Of a stretch of DNA of 64,000 nt, positions 51,720-64,000 are shown one piece after another. The DNA comes from Glaucostegus cemiculus. Taxonomy: Eukaryota. The position numbers were made by a program, and so were the translations under genes. The DNA lies in contig CDPCPM010000011.1 of the NCBI GenBank assembly GCA_976551045.1, positions 5,270,001 through 5,334,000 of the forward strand. Reading direction: 5' to 3'. The notes beneath the pieces were generated by a model. That model was not told where the DNA came from, did no database searches, and was given only the letters and a program-made list of their open reading frames with translations. The first letter of the stretch is position 1. Every line of letters starts with the position of its first letter.

Positions 51720-52140
51720 GCTGCATTTAAGTAACACTTTCATGCTCTCAAGACATCCCAAGATATTTAACAGCCAAGCATGTACTTATGAAATGTAGCC
51801 AGTTTTGTAATGTGAGAACATGTGATGCCCGATTTGTCCACAGCAAGACCAAACCAAGAGAAATATGACAAAAGTCTAATGTTTTTTAGACATTGATTGG
51901 ACAACTATTGATCAGGACAGTTACAGCAAAGTCACCTGCTCTTCTTCAAATACAAAGAAAGTATACTTAAAAGAGCTCCAACATTTAATGTCTCATTTGA
52001 AAGACACCACCTCCAGCAATGCAGCATTCCCTCATCACAGCACTGAAGTGTCTGCCTGGATTACATGCTCAACTTTCTGGAACGACAATAGACTCACAAG
52101 CTACTGACTCAGAGACTGGTGCCACTGAGTTAAGGACAAC
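51720..52140 (-). mobile_element. Deu-domain SINE (SacSINE1-like)
   Basis: acatcccaagatatttaacagcc...cacctgctcttcttcaaata...acctccagcaatgcagcattccctca. Confidence 0.65.
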
Positions 52141-52254
52141 TGTTAAGTGAAATCTAGCTAGTGTCAGGATGAATTTAAAAAATAATGCACCTGTCAGAAA
52201 ATAAATTTCCGGTACCTACTTTAGAAGCCACAGTAAGTTATATAAATGAAAGCA

Positions 52255-53030
52255 AAAGATTATAAAGGGAAAGACAGGCTGAGTGAGTGGGGCCAAATTT
52301 TGGCATGTGGAGTTCAATGTAGAGAAAGTTTCTTTCCTTTATAACCAGAGATGTGAAGTTGTGGAGGAACAAATAGTTTTGGTGCTCGTGTACTCATATC
52401 ACTAAAAGCTATTGCACAGGTACAAAAAGAAATCAAAAACTTTAATAGATTGTTGACTGTTATCTCAAAGTGGCTGGAATAGCAAAATGTCAAAATGATG
52501 TATCACAGTTGTAGAAAGCATTGGTCAGGCCCCATCTGGAGTATTGCTTGTGCTTTAGTGCACATTACAGCAAAGATATATTGGCTTTGGAGGGGTGTAG
52601 TGAAGACTTACCAGGACCCACTGGAATCAGATATGAAGTTAGGCTGCATAAACATGCTTTATGATTTCGTGTGTCTAGAAGGCTGAGAGGGAATCTTATC
52701 AGAAATGATCTCTTCTGGCAGAGACTTTGTTCTATAGTCTTAAATTTAGTAGTGGTTAGGTTCAGTTGTACATGATCTCAGCAAGCAATATTTTTCATAC
52801 AAATGGGTTGTGAAACATTTTGAAACCCTTTCTCCAAAATGGATAAAGATGCAAGGTCAGTTGAGTTTTTCCAAGATCACGATCAACAATTATTTGTTAG
52901 GTAAAGATGCTAAGGGACATTACAAACAAATGGGAATTAAATGCAAGAGAGCTATTTTCTAAAAGAATGGGTGAAGAGATTTGAGGAGATGAATGCCTTA
53001 TCCTTATCCCTGAATGTTATTGTTCCTATC
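52255..53030 (+). mobile_element. Old CR1 LINE fragment
   Basis: tggcatgtggagttcaatgtagagaa (W.M.FN..K) and ggtcaggccccatctggagtattg (VRPHLEYC). Confidence 0.65.
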
Positions 53031-54559
53031 TTCAGTACTAATATCAAATGGATATAAATTAACCACAAATTTGTCATAGTACCAGAGTTTTGAATAAAAT
53101 TAATTTTTGTCTGTGAATGCATGAGCAATCCAATTCCACATGACTCTTAGATTCTACTCTTGTATATATTTGTGTAAGCTGGTGGTTGTGGTGTGGCAAG
53201 CCAGCAAAGTGGCAAGGTACAAGGAAGAAAGTGAGAAAACTCACCATTAATGGGGCAAAGATGATATTAGATTCTTAAAGTCTGAAAATTCAGGGGAAAA
53301 AATGATACTGAGGAGGATACATAATTTCCAAGTCCTGGAGTCTTAGGAAGAAGTAGAAGTAATCAAGTTAACTCGAGTACGAGGTGAGGTATTGAAAGCC
53401 TTCACTGTAGAGAAAACTCAGAAGAAGGTAGAAAGGAAACAAATAAAAAAAGAATTAAAGCCAAGTATGCTGGAAATCTGAAATAAATTAGAAACACTGC
53501 AATGTTAGCTCAGTACTTTCAATGATTGCTGGTTTATTTACGGGTTTGTTAAAAGAAGGAAATTGATTTGTGGTATAAATATGAAAATAGAAAGGACAAC
53601 ATAAAAATAAAAACTAGAAAATAAAAGGAGAAAATGGATGAAAACACAAGATCCCTTGAGAAGAAAGCACTGTTTATATCAGCAAACCAGTACTCTCCAC
53701 TGTTATATACTTGATGTCCTTTCTCTGCCTTTACTTAAGTGCATGACACTATCTAGTATAGTGGTAAATTGCAATATATTTTCCATCAACTTTGAATTCA
53801 GACTGAATCAAGGGCTGACATTATTGCTGACAGCCAATGACATTTTAGTTAATTTCCAATTGTTTGCAAATAGTTGAAATTTTGACTGAATTTGAAAAAG
53901 TCTGTCTTTGGCAGTTTACATTTACTTAATTGTGTGTGATAGATTTGACTCCATGGTTCTGTTGTCAGATTTTCACTTGTAATTAATTAGGTGCACCCTG
54001 AACAATGACATTTTAATTAAAACTGAACTGGGGGGAAAGAAAAAGGCAAAAAAAAAAGCAAGCTGAGACCTTTACGAAAGGTTTCAGTAGAAGATATGTG
54101 ACACACTTTGTGTTCAAGAGCTAAGCATTTGCTTCCCTTAAAGTGAGTAGCAGATAAAATATTGAAGAATAACACAGGGGAGTGGGAAAAACTGGAACAA
54201 GTGTTATTAACCATCAGACAACTGAAACTGCCAAACAAGTCTTCACTTCTATTTTGCACTCAATAATCTCAATAAGTTAATGCAGGCAACTGAAGCACAT
54301 CCACTTTGACTAGGATCTCCGAATGTGACATGGTGTCAAATTTTGTTTGGTAACATTTCTTTGAAGTCCCTTAGGTTGTTTTACTATAAATATAATTTGT
54401 CAGATTCTGAATTCCTTTTTTTTAATATAACAAATTAAGAGTATAGTTATTTCTTGCCTGATGATGGATGCTCAGATTTGAATGACCTGTGACTTTCATG
54501 TAGCCTTCCCACAATAACGCAGTACATATTCCTACTTGTGACTAATCACATGGCCTCAT

Positions 54560-54910
54560 CTGAAAGTCCACAAAATCTCTGCAGCTGCAAAAGCTTGGCG
54601 TTTCTATTCATTGTACAGTATAACATCTCCTTGCAAATATGCTGAATATATTTTCATAATGCATTGACTTTCGAGAGTCAGATTAATTGAAAGTTTGCCA
54701 ACATTCTGCAGAAGCTTGCCAATCAGGTGAAATTCAAACAATAAAGGCAATGTTGCAAATTTGCTCACGGCAGTTTAAAATGAAATTTAGATGATGGCTG
54801 TTGCTTCAAAGTGCTAATGGCTGCCCTGGGGTAACCAATAGATTGTTCCTGAACAAGATAATGATTTATTTTTTGTGTTTGTCTGGTAACAGACAAATGA
54901 TGCAAAGCTT
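54560..54910. promoter_or_regulatory. Candidate conserved non-coding element
   Basis: GATTAATTG, AACAAT (Sox), TGCAAAT (POU-like), CTAATGG and TGATTTAT (Pbx-Hox) in unique DNA. Confidence 0.35.
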
Positions 54911-55114
54911 TGGAGTTCAAAATATGTTAATTAATGTATTATATATATGTATATAAATTAAAATTGTTGCTAGTTTTGAATTATGTAATTGTTAGGCACT
55001 TTCTGCTGCAAAGACCCATCAAAGTGTTCATCAAAAAGTACTAAGTAATTATTTGCTCTGTTTTTATTTGCTCACTGGTGATTTCCCAACACAACTGATG
55101 CTGATTGCCCATAG

Positions 55115-55870
55115 CTTAAGAACATAGAACATGGAAACAGAAACAGGAATAGGACATTTGGGTCCATTAAGCTCTTTTGCTATTATCATGGCTGAGCCCC
55201 AACCTCAGCACCTCTTTTCTACCTGACGCCTGCACCCTTTGGGTCTCTTGGAGTAAAATGGTTGACCTCAGCAGTGAATTACTTAATCAATGAACGTCCA
55301 AGGCCTTCAGAGAATGGAGATTTATGAAAGTTGCCAATATCCATCTCAGTTCCAAATGATATCCCCAACCCCTACCCCCTCTCTGCCACCTAACCCTAAA
55401 CTGGACAGCATAGGTGTGCCTCAGCATCTATGCAATTCCCCCATCTTAGAATCTTACATTTTGGTGAAATCACCTCACCATTTCCAAAATTTCAGTGAGT
55501 GTAAGCATGTCTTACTTAATCTGTTCTTATGAACGACATCCTCATCACAGGAATAGATTTAGTAAACCTTTGCTCTACCACCTCTGCAGCAAGTATGTCC
55601 TTCATTGGGTCTGGAGACAGAACCTGCACAATGTACTCCAGCTATGGCCTCATTGATGCTCTCACAGTTACAGCAGGTTCTTCTCACTTTGATATTCCAG
55701 CTTCCTGGCTATAAAGGTTTACGATATTTCCCTTCCCAGCTTAATATCTTGCTAATATATTAACATTTTGTGTGTTTCATGTACAACAACACTCAAATCT
55801 CTCTGAATCCCATTACTTAATAGTGGTTTGCCATGTATAAAAAGAACACTTTCCATTCTGCTTACAAAAA
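55115..55870 (-). mobile_element. Old CR1 LINE 3' fragment
   Basis: aagaacatagaacatgg tail; ggagacagaacctgcacaatgtactccagc is antisense of LEYxVQ. Confidence 0.7.
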
Positions 55871-55899
55871 CTTGGAGAGAGGAACAGTGTTCTCAAAAC

Positions 55900-56130
55900 A
55901 TACAAATGCAACACCCTCAAACAATAACCTTTGCTTAATAAGTCAGTCCCTCATGAATCGACACATAATTCTATATTTTTCTTTCATAAATTAATAATGA
56001 TCACAGGAACAAATTTTAGGCAATCTCTGAAGTAATTAAATGACGATTGTGCTAATCATTTTCTATGGGGGCTGTTTGAAAGTTTAACGTTAAGCTGTAG
56101 CTTGTAGCATAATCTTAAACACTTGAGTCA
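55900..56130. promoter_or_regulatory. Candidate conserved non-coding element
   Basis: CATAAAT, TAATTAAA, ATTGT and CTAATCA motifs plus CpGs in unique sequence. Confidence 0.3.
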
Positions 56131-56479
56131 CATAGAGTTACAACATTGGCAGTCTGTGGAAACTGCTTATAATGGAGGAAAGCTTGGTTAGTTCTTTCAA
56201 CGGGACTAACAAAAAGGTATTAGAACTTAGCTACCTGCTGCTCTGTTGAGTTGCTGACCTTCTGCTTAGTTAAGACTAGAACAACAGTTTAATTATTTTC
56301 CCTTTTTTGGCTTTCTGAACCACATGTGACTAAAGGAAACCTTGCAGATAAGCCAATGAAGACCTCTAAAGAAGTTGCCAAGGCTGGTACCAAGTTCATT
56401 TATTTCCTATTATGATCATTGCTCCATTTATTTGATATCAGTTCTTGTAATGATTCTGATTACATTCCTATCTAGACCC

Positions 56480-56775
56480 TTATTTCCTTTTTATGACTCA
56501 TTTAGCCTTGTGCAATTATGCTTTTCATTATATCTCTTCTGCCTCCTATCCCAGCACTGGCTTTTCCTTCAGTTCTCTCCTCTCCTTACCTTTACCTCTT
56601 TCCCTTTCTGCACTCTGACTTAAAACCTATTACTTCTATAATTTTTCCAGTTCTGACAAAAAGATCTTTGAAACATTACCTCTGTTTATCTTCCCACAAA
56701 CTCTGCTTGACCTGCTGAATGTTCCATGATCTTCTATATTTATTTCAGAGTTCCAGCATCTGCAGTGATTTTGCT
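56480..56775 (+). mobile_element. Penelope-type terminal repeat with decayed hammerhead core
   Basis: ccagttCTGACAAaaagatcttTGAAACatt...ctgcttgacctgctgaatg...ttccagcatctgcag. Confidence 0.55.
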
Positions 56776-57977
56776 TATGTGCCTCTATAGTCTGTCTGCT
56801 GATATTTAAACAGGTCACAATAGCTGGGGTTAGATGTGACAGCAGTGTTTTCCTGCGGTTATGTTATTTTAGTAATGTTAAAAATTCACTTCACAATTAT
56901 TGTCAAAAGAAAGTAATTTGCTTAGAAAACATTCCTTGGTATCACTTACTGCACCATGTAATAATGTCAGATCATTGTGCTGTGTCTTAATATTCATTAT
57001 TTGACTTCAATGGATTGAAGTTTGGAGTCAGAATACAGTATGCTGACTTCATCATGTAGTACATTTAGTGCTACCAACCAGGGATGAATTTCTAAGCCTT
57101 TGTCCTTTAACACAACCTCAAATCAACACCAAGAAGAGAGTGCTCAAAATCAAAAGAATGTTTATCAGAAGAAGGAAACCTTTCATCACTTTTGTTTGGC
57201 TGGATTGGGACATAGGCTTTAGTAATGCAAAGGTCATCCTTTGATAGAATGTTTCTTTATAATCAATTATTACAGGATCTAATGAGAGGTTTGTGAACTA
57301 TGCAATTTATGCTGTTATAACAAAATAAAATAAAGACCACTTGCTGGTTTTAAAAGTTATCAAGCTGCTTCAGAAAAGGCTTGGGCTAGTATTCAAGCAT
57401 TCAAGATGTAGATGTGTTTGAAGTGTAACAATCAACTGCTTTTGTAGTTTTTTTATCCCTTTAGGATCATATATTTACTTTGGGTTTGAACTAAAACTCT
57501 TTTGATTTTCATGTTTTAACCTAGTCCCTTCATTGCCTTTAATCTCAGAATTCCATTGAGTGTTTATAAATTACTAAAGAAGTAATTTTTTTTCTCTTTC
57601 AACTATTGGTTCTGTTTCAATGAGGTGCCTGCAGCACAGTTTATTTATTAAATAGATGTTTTAAAATGTGAAATGCTTATTTATGAACAATGCTCACACC
57701 AAAATTTTCAGTCTCACTTCAATGGTCATTTGAAATGTGCAGTATATTAAGGGAGACTTAAGACACGCCCCAGTATTGGAAGCAGCAAAAATGTGAAGTA
57801 AATGGAAGTGATCGAGCTACTGATGTTTTTAGTTATAAATCCCTTTAACTCTGAGTTTCAGTTTAAGATGTGCAGGAAGGATGAACAGACGTGTTCAATG
57901 AGTGACTAGGCCAAGTAAGGGGACATTTGTTTCTCAATCTGCCACAACCATCCAGCATGTAACAGCAGGATGACAAT

Positions 57978-58138
57978 GGAGACACACGAGACTGCAGATG
58001 TTGGAATATGGAGCAACAAAAAATCTGCTAGGGGAACTGAGTGGGTCAGTCCTGTGTTTTGATATGAAACATCAACTATTCATTTCCCTCCATAGATACT
58101 GCTCGGCCCACTGAGTTCCTCCAGCAGTTGTTTGGTTC
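57978..58138. mobile_element. Inverted pair of Penelope-type terminal fragments
   Basis: gactgcagatgttggaa...ctgctaggggaactgagtggg is inverted relative to cccactgagttcctccagcag. Confidence 0.6.
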
Positions 58139-58440
58139 AACAGGATGATAGTTATTGAACTCGATGGGGAAGCTTTAACTTTGTTTTTTTTTCCTCATAT
58201 CATCACAATTTTCTCCATTTTTGAATTAATTTTAACATTTGCAATACTATATGCTTCTAAATTTTGCTTTAGATAAAGGCAGATGGTAACTTATGCACAG
58301 CAAGATGTTTCTGGTAGAGGGAACTTATTCTGCATATATATATCTGTTCTGTATTTCCTTTTTTAATTTTCTTGGCTTTTGTTTTTGTTTTAAAACATCA
58401 AGAAAGCTAATTTGTGCCATCTAGATTGCACTCCAGTCCC

Positions 58441-59068
58441 TGTAGGACCCACTGATCCCAGAAACCTCCAGTGAACCTATGGACACCTGACCACTGAGTT
58501 TCTCCTGCATCTTGTGTGTTGCTCCAGATCCTAGCATCTGCAGTCTCTTGTGTCAGCAGTGGACACCTTATGCTCCCTCTTTAGAGACAGCGGGTACAAA
58601 TTTCTCCTCAGACGGACAGGCATTCAGGATGGATGAACCCTCCCAGTAGCCTGCTGCCTTAACCTGTGAATATCCACCTCGACTAGGTCCAGGAGTAGAT
58701 CAATGAGGTAGTCCCTTGACCGACAGATGAGCACTTACCCCAGTCTTCAAGTTTTGATCACACTTTATTCCATGCTGAAGTGCTTAAATAGGGTGAGAAT
58801 ATAATCAAAACTTAAGAACCAGCCTCTAAATACTCAGGGGTTGCAACCGTGCCACTTGTCCATGCCACAGAAATGATAGGTGGCCTGGGAGTCTGTGAAC
58901 TAAGCCTGTTGGATGGGAGCACACTGTGTGACAATCTGCACCACAGGTCGGCAGTGTTAATGGGGGGGTCTCCGACGTAGAGATGTCTCTTGGTACACAG
59001 AGCGAGGCTTTGGTCACGAGCCTTGGTGTGGTATGGTGCACTTCTCCACAATGTGATCTATCCCCACA
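58441..59068 (-). mobile_element. Candidate solo LTR containing a short nested insertion
   Basis: TGTAGG...CCCACA termini, flanks tccc/tcca (3 of 4), minus-strand AATAAA within atcacactttatt (58757-58769), which is shared with 39032-39044. Confidence 0.45.
58489..58559 (+). mobile_element. Short Penelope-type/SINE-like insertion with 9-bp TSD
   Basis: tggacacct at 58480-58488 and 58560-58568 flanks gaccactgagtttctcctgcatc...agcatctgcagtctcttgtgtc. Confidence 0.7.
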
Positions 59069-59324
59069 TCCAGCCATCATGCCAGACTCCCCTCCTCTGC
59101 CAGAAATCTAACTGGAGGCGATCATATTCCCAGACTCTTAAAAAAAAAGCTCTGATAAGTGACAAGCTACTCGCTCAGAAAGATGTAGTTAATGAGAATT
59201 GAAAAGCCTGTGCCTTGGTGGGAAAAGCAGATGACCAGTGCACACCGTCTTGGAGGATGCTCTCTGTACAGGGTCTGAAGGCACAGGGTTGTGATTGGAT
59301 TTGATCGACCATTCTCTTTCTTTA

Positions 59325-59432
59325 TTGGAAAACTCAGAACTACAGTAGAAGTCTTGGAACCCAGCAGGTCAGGCAGCATCTGTGGAGGGAAATAAACAGT
59401 TGATAATTCGGGTCGAGACCCTTCAGCTGTCA
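59325..59432 (-). mobile_element. Penelope-type terminal repeat with decayed hammerhead core
   Basis: Minus strand reads tgaagggtctcgacccgaattatcaactg...agatgctgcctgacctgctg. Confidence 0.6.
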
Positions 59433-59559
59433 AACACACTGCAACCTGCATAGAGATAAAACAGTTAATCATTTCCAGCAAACAGAAATCAGGAAAATCT
59501 TTTGATACTTTCTTAAGATTGTTGGCAGACAGTTGGTGTTGTAGGTTGGAAGGAACCTC

Positions 59560-60300
59560 TCAGCAGAGAACAGGTGGTTAGTGATATCGGAGAAACCAAC
59601 CTGAAGAGTTAACTCCAGAAAAGTGCATGAAGACTTGCCAAGCTGCAGAGCTATGCCAAAGCCAGGCTAGACATGTTAGAGGACCAACAGAAGGTTGAAT
59701 GGGGAACATATAGCCAAAGTTGCTCAGATCTGGTAGGTATTGAAGATGGCAACATGGGTTGAAAAAGAAAGGCACTTCATATGGGAAAAAGTGCACTCTA
59801 CATGGATTAGAGAATCATTACTACATACAGTCCACAATGAAGAGGATTTGAAAGTCCCTGGAGTGCACAGGATGAACCATGTAGCGACAGAGACAGCATC
59901 ACATTCGGATACCAATTGAAACCAATATACCTGGTTCCAAATGAAGTTAATTCTGTTGAAGGAAGAGCCATTAGATGTGTCCAAAATGTGGAACAAGGGT
60001 GACCAATAGCATTTCAACCTTACTCCGGAGTAGCAAATAATGTCTCCCTGAAGCAAGCCATCAATCTTAAGGCAGTGCAATTAAAACTCTATCATGTTCC
60101 CTTGTTGTAGAACAAGGCTATGCAGAAGCCAGAAAGGAGATGCTCACTGAAGGCAATGAAGCCAAAGAATCAAGATGATGTGATTATGTAATGAACTAGA
60201 TAGATGTCACACTTGTACTTGGAAGATGTACAGTACTGCAGATGGAACTAGTAAAGGGACATTATGACAGGAACATGAAGATTGCTTTAATGCAATCAAT
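59560..60300 (+). pseudogene. Highly decayed Gypsy gag-pol relic
   Basis: ELTPEKCMKTCQAAELCQSQ (from 59606) resembles Gypsy gag LTLEKA..IC.A.E; GTSYGKKCTLHGLENHY (from 59771) resembles the CPAYGK.C..CG..NHF zinc knuckle; the right boundary is approximate. Confidence 0.55.
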
Positions 60301-63300
60301 TACTTCAGCTGCACAACTCAGATGATTATGCAAATGTTGTTTATCAAACTGTCAAAACCAGAAGTGCAGGAAGACAAGCTGAAGTGGCTAAAATAGCAGC
60401 TGTAGTAGTAGTCTATCTAAGATCTATCAGTGCTCAGGGTCAGAGTCAGTGAAGGTGAAAACCATGTCAGACTGACAGAAGGCAGTGGTGATGGAGGAGG
60501 GTTTCCCATAAGAGAGGAACAGAGGAAGATGATCAGGAATGACAGTCCATTGATATAAGTGTCTGGAAGGCATTATGCCAAAGAAAAGCAGACAGAGACT
60601 GGACAATATTTTGGGTCCTGTTGTTGGGTTATTGTTGGGATGTAACACGTTGCTTATAATATTTGATCTCTGGCCCTTCAGGAATTGAAACTTGCTCTCT
60701 GATTATTGATACAAATATTTCAGTGCAGAGGGTTATTGTCTTTGAAGAAGCTTCCATAAGCTGTCCTGATCTGTAACACATGCTACTTTGTACAATGCAA
60801 ATTCTTTTGCTTCATTACTATGAATTACCAACAATCTTTCAGTATCTTGAAGAGAAATACTGAGAGAGTATCCATAATGACAATCCGCAGAATAACAGTT
60901 ACATTAAATTCAGTGTCATAACTTGCCTGTAGGGGCATTTGAACTGATAATTTACCCATTGCTGATGCAAATCACCAGTGAACCAATTTATTTAAATAGC
61001 TCTATCATTGATAAAACTTTTTTGTTAATTAATTAAAACTTAAAAGAACTCATAAAACAATAAATAGCAATGTGAACACATACATATTTACTGAGGTATT
61101 TGTCAAGGTTGCAACTATGAAAATGACCTTTGATAATGAAAAAAAGAACATTTCAATAATTTAATATCAAACATTGTCAGATAACCTATTGCCAAGGTTA
61201 GCAATTATGCCCATGAAGTTGCTTGGTAGCATCTTTCACTAATGTGTCATTTCCAAAACAATTGATACTTACGAATTTTGTTAAATAATTCAGGCCAAAA
61301 ACATCAGGTATTGTACAGAGATTTTTTTTGCTGGAATTTTCTGTCCAATACATACTGAGATGAGCCTCCCCAATTTAATTTAACCAGTCTTAATAGCTAA
61401 CAGGCATTAAAACATTCATCCAAGTTGCTCAGGATCCATTTTATACCATCAGCCCAGTTCTCAGAAGAGAAACTGTGGATAATTTATTTCACACTGGTAA
61501 TATGTTTTTAATATACTGTACCACACTCCCTTTTCTTCCAAGGATGTTGTGTTTTTAATCAGATTGCAAACATACTTTGAAGGCAAAGTAATCTTTTATT
61601 GAAGGAATAAGAGACAAGCTTAACGAAATGGACTACCAAGTAGCACAGGCTAAATCAAAAGCATTAGTAATAGTGTTGTGGCACCAAGAGGTGGGTCGTG
61701 GTCTTGTCACTTGTGGTCCCTCCCTATGATGAATCCTTGATCTACCTTTCAAGAAGCACTTATCAGAGAACAAATGGTTCCACAGAAAGGGATCTGTTGT
61801 AGGTTGGTTAACATAAACATCTTCTAGCAGCAGGATCCACAGATGTGGATAATTAGTTCCTAAATACTAAAAATCTCAAGTCACCTTTGTCCATCATCTT
61901 TTACAACAGCATTTAAAGCAAATGTATGTACATGAACAATAACCACTTTATTAATGCGTAAAGTTTTAAAAACTTATGTAAGCCTAGGAATTGATTTAGT
62001 TGGTGTTCATTTTTCAGTCACAGAATGGGGAAAACCAAGTTAACCCGGAATACATCAGCTCAGCAATCATTTTTAGGTGAAATAGAGTACATTGGAAAAT
62101 TGGTCTGAACATTTGTGTGTGCTGTTCCCATTGGCACATAAGCACATCTACTTCTGTCTCCTACAATGTAATCATTGTATATGTTGCTTGTGTCTGGCTG
62201 CTCAAGGGGTTTTTCCAGTAAGAGCAACAACCTTCTATGATTACTGCTTAGCAAGTTATTGGCAGCTGTGTTTGAATGAGCCTAGACTTTTCAGGAACAA
62301 TACAGGTCCCATTTTAGTACCTGTTTCTGGGTGTACATCTCCCTAAAATCACTGCAATCGTCTTTTTGGACAATTTCACAACTATTTGCAAGGGACACAG
62401 TTGGGCAAAGCACACAGTAAAAAATGGTGAAATCTATTGTTTGAGATCTTTTTTATTTTAGTGATCCAATATATGGGAGAAGTTCTTTCAGCAAGAAAAA
62501 TAATCCAACAAAAAACTGATTTGTTTCTTCACACTGTCTGAGACTGCAGATCTTGAGATTACAATGGATTACTTTGGCTACAAACTATCATGGAGCATTA
62601 CCTGTTAGTTGCTCACCAAAATTCATGAATGGTCTTCGCTCAGTACCTTTTGAGAGTCTAGAAACAGTGGAATCAAAGATCAAAGTCTAACAAATAAATG
62701 TTATTCCACAGGAGTTTTAAGGAAGCGGAGTTCTGGTCATGCCAACAGGGAAGAAAATGACAAGCAGTTTGTTTACAGGTCAAAACAGTATACCGTGTAT
62801 GAGTAGAAACTTCTGTGTCTCTTCACTAGTTATTGAGTACCTTTTGTTCACCAAGTGTTAAGCTGTTACTGTTGTGCTTCAAGGAGAGTAAATATATGAA
62901 AATCTTTGGCATTCCACTTCACCAGCAACTAACACAGAGGCGTTATAAACACTGACACGTGAGATTCCTCTGTTTGCTGGGACTCTTGAGAAGAAGGGCT
63001 AGCCTTAGCAGCCATCTTTTGTCTGTATAAGACAATAGTATGCTATGGCCAGGTACTCCATAATATGCAGTCATCAGAATGTCTTTGTCTCTGTTTTAGC
63101 TTCTTGGATTGTTTTCATTGTTCATGCATTGTTTTCAGAATAAGTCATTAATTTTCAACACATCTTGCCCATGTACTTCCTTACGATTCGCAGCACCTAG
63201 AATGTCTAATTAATAAACAATGATGTTGTGAATGGTAGTTTTGGTATCATTCATATTGTATATTGCTTTCGACAACAGATTATCAGGTGGTAGTCCGCAT

Positions 63301-64000
63301 CTGTGGAAGGATGTTGAGATACAGTTGATGCTTATGTGTTTACCTGTTCTGCTTTGAAACATATCTATAGATAAAGATGCAATTGCCATTTGCTCTGTGC
63401 AAGACTCAGATCTATCAGGACATTGAAGTCTTCCATACTGAAAGGAACCATACAGCACAGAATTGGGTATTTGGATGACTGGTTTATAAATGTAATTGAA
63501 CAATTGGATTGGCTAGAGGTCATAACTGTTGAATCCAAACTGTTGACAATTTCAGAAGAAAGAATTAATTGCTGGTGAGAACTATTGGCACACTGTCAAC
63601 ATGATGAAATATCTGTCTCCTTTGCCACTGTTACACAAACTTCTGCAATCAGTGCTTCTACCCCACAGAAATGTAGTTGTTGAAAAGCAGAAAACTGGGC
63701 AGAGACAGGAGCTGCCTGAAAGCTCAAGCTTAAGGGGCTTTACTGTATGTGAACTTTAATGAGATTGATGATTAGTGCTTCTGGTTCAGGATCTCAAAGG
63801 ACATGCAAATCTCATAAAAAATACAATAGTCTTTGAAATGCTCATAAAATAGATCCCGCTACTTTGTGTGTGTTTCAGTTCACCTCTGAACTGAAGAAAT
63901 AAACACAGGTCTCAAACTTACAGATGCTTCCTTGACATTGCTATTTATTATTTATTCAACTAAATACTTCATTTGTGCAACATGTTGAATAATTCTGTAG

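Overview
AT-rich vertebrate non-coding DNA. The repeat complement (CR1 LINEs, V-domain and Deu-domain SINEs, Rex1/Babar, L2, Penelope-type terminal repeats) points to a cartilaginous fish, probably a ray or sawfish (inference). I recognise no host protein-coding gene, tRNA, rRNA or CRISPR. Nearly all ORFs in the track are spurious or retroelement-derived; the only long intact frame is the ORF2 C-terminus of a young CR1 (29996-30688). The window reads as a gene desert or large intron with layered transposons and several unique blocks that resemble conserved non-coding enhancers. The most interesting object is a full-length 478-bp non-autonomous RTE-derived element (39710-40187) with a perfect 14-bp target-site duplication. 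Its first base is the first base of a predicted HDV-like double-pseudoknot self-cleaving ribozyme, and it ends in the last codons, 3' UTR and tail of an RTE LINE. Also present are three solo-LTR candidates, decayed hammerhead-ribozyme motifs in Penelope-type repeats, and a V-SINE family that appears to carry a Rex/Babar-type tail instead of a CR1 tail. All family assignments are from recalled consensus motifs, not database searches.
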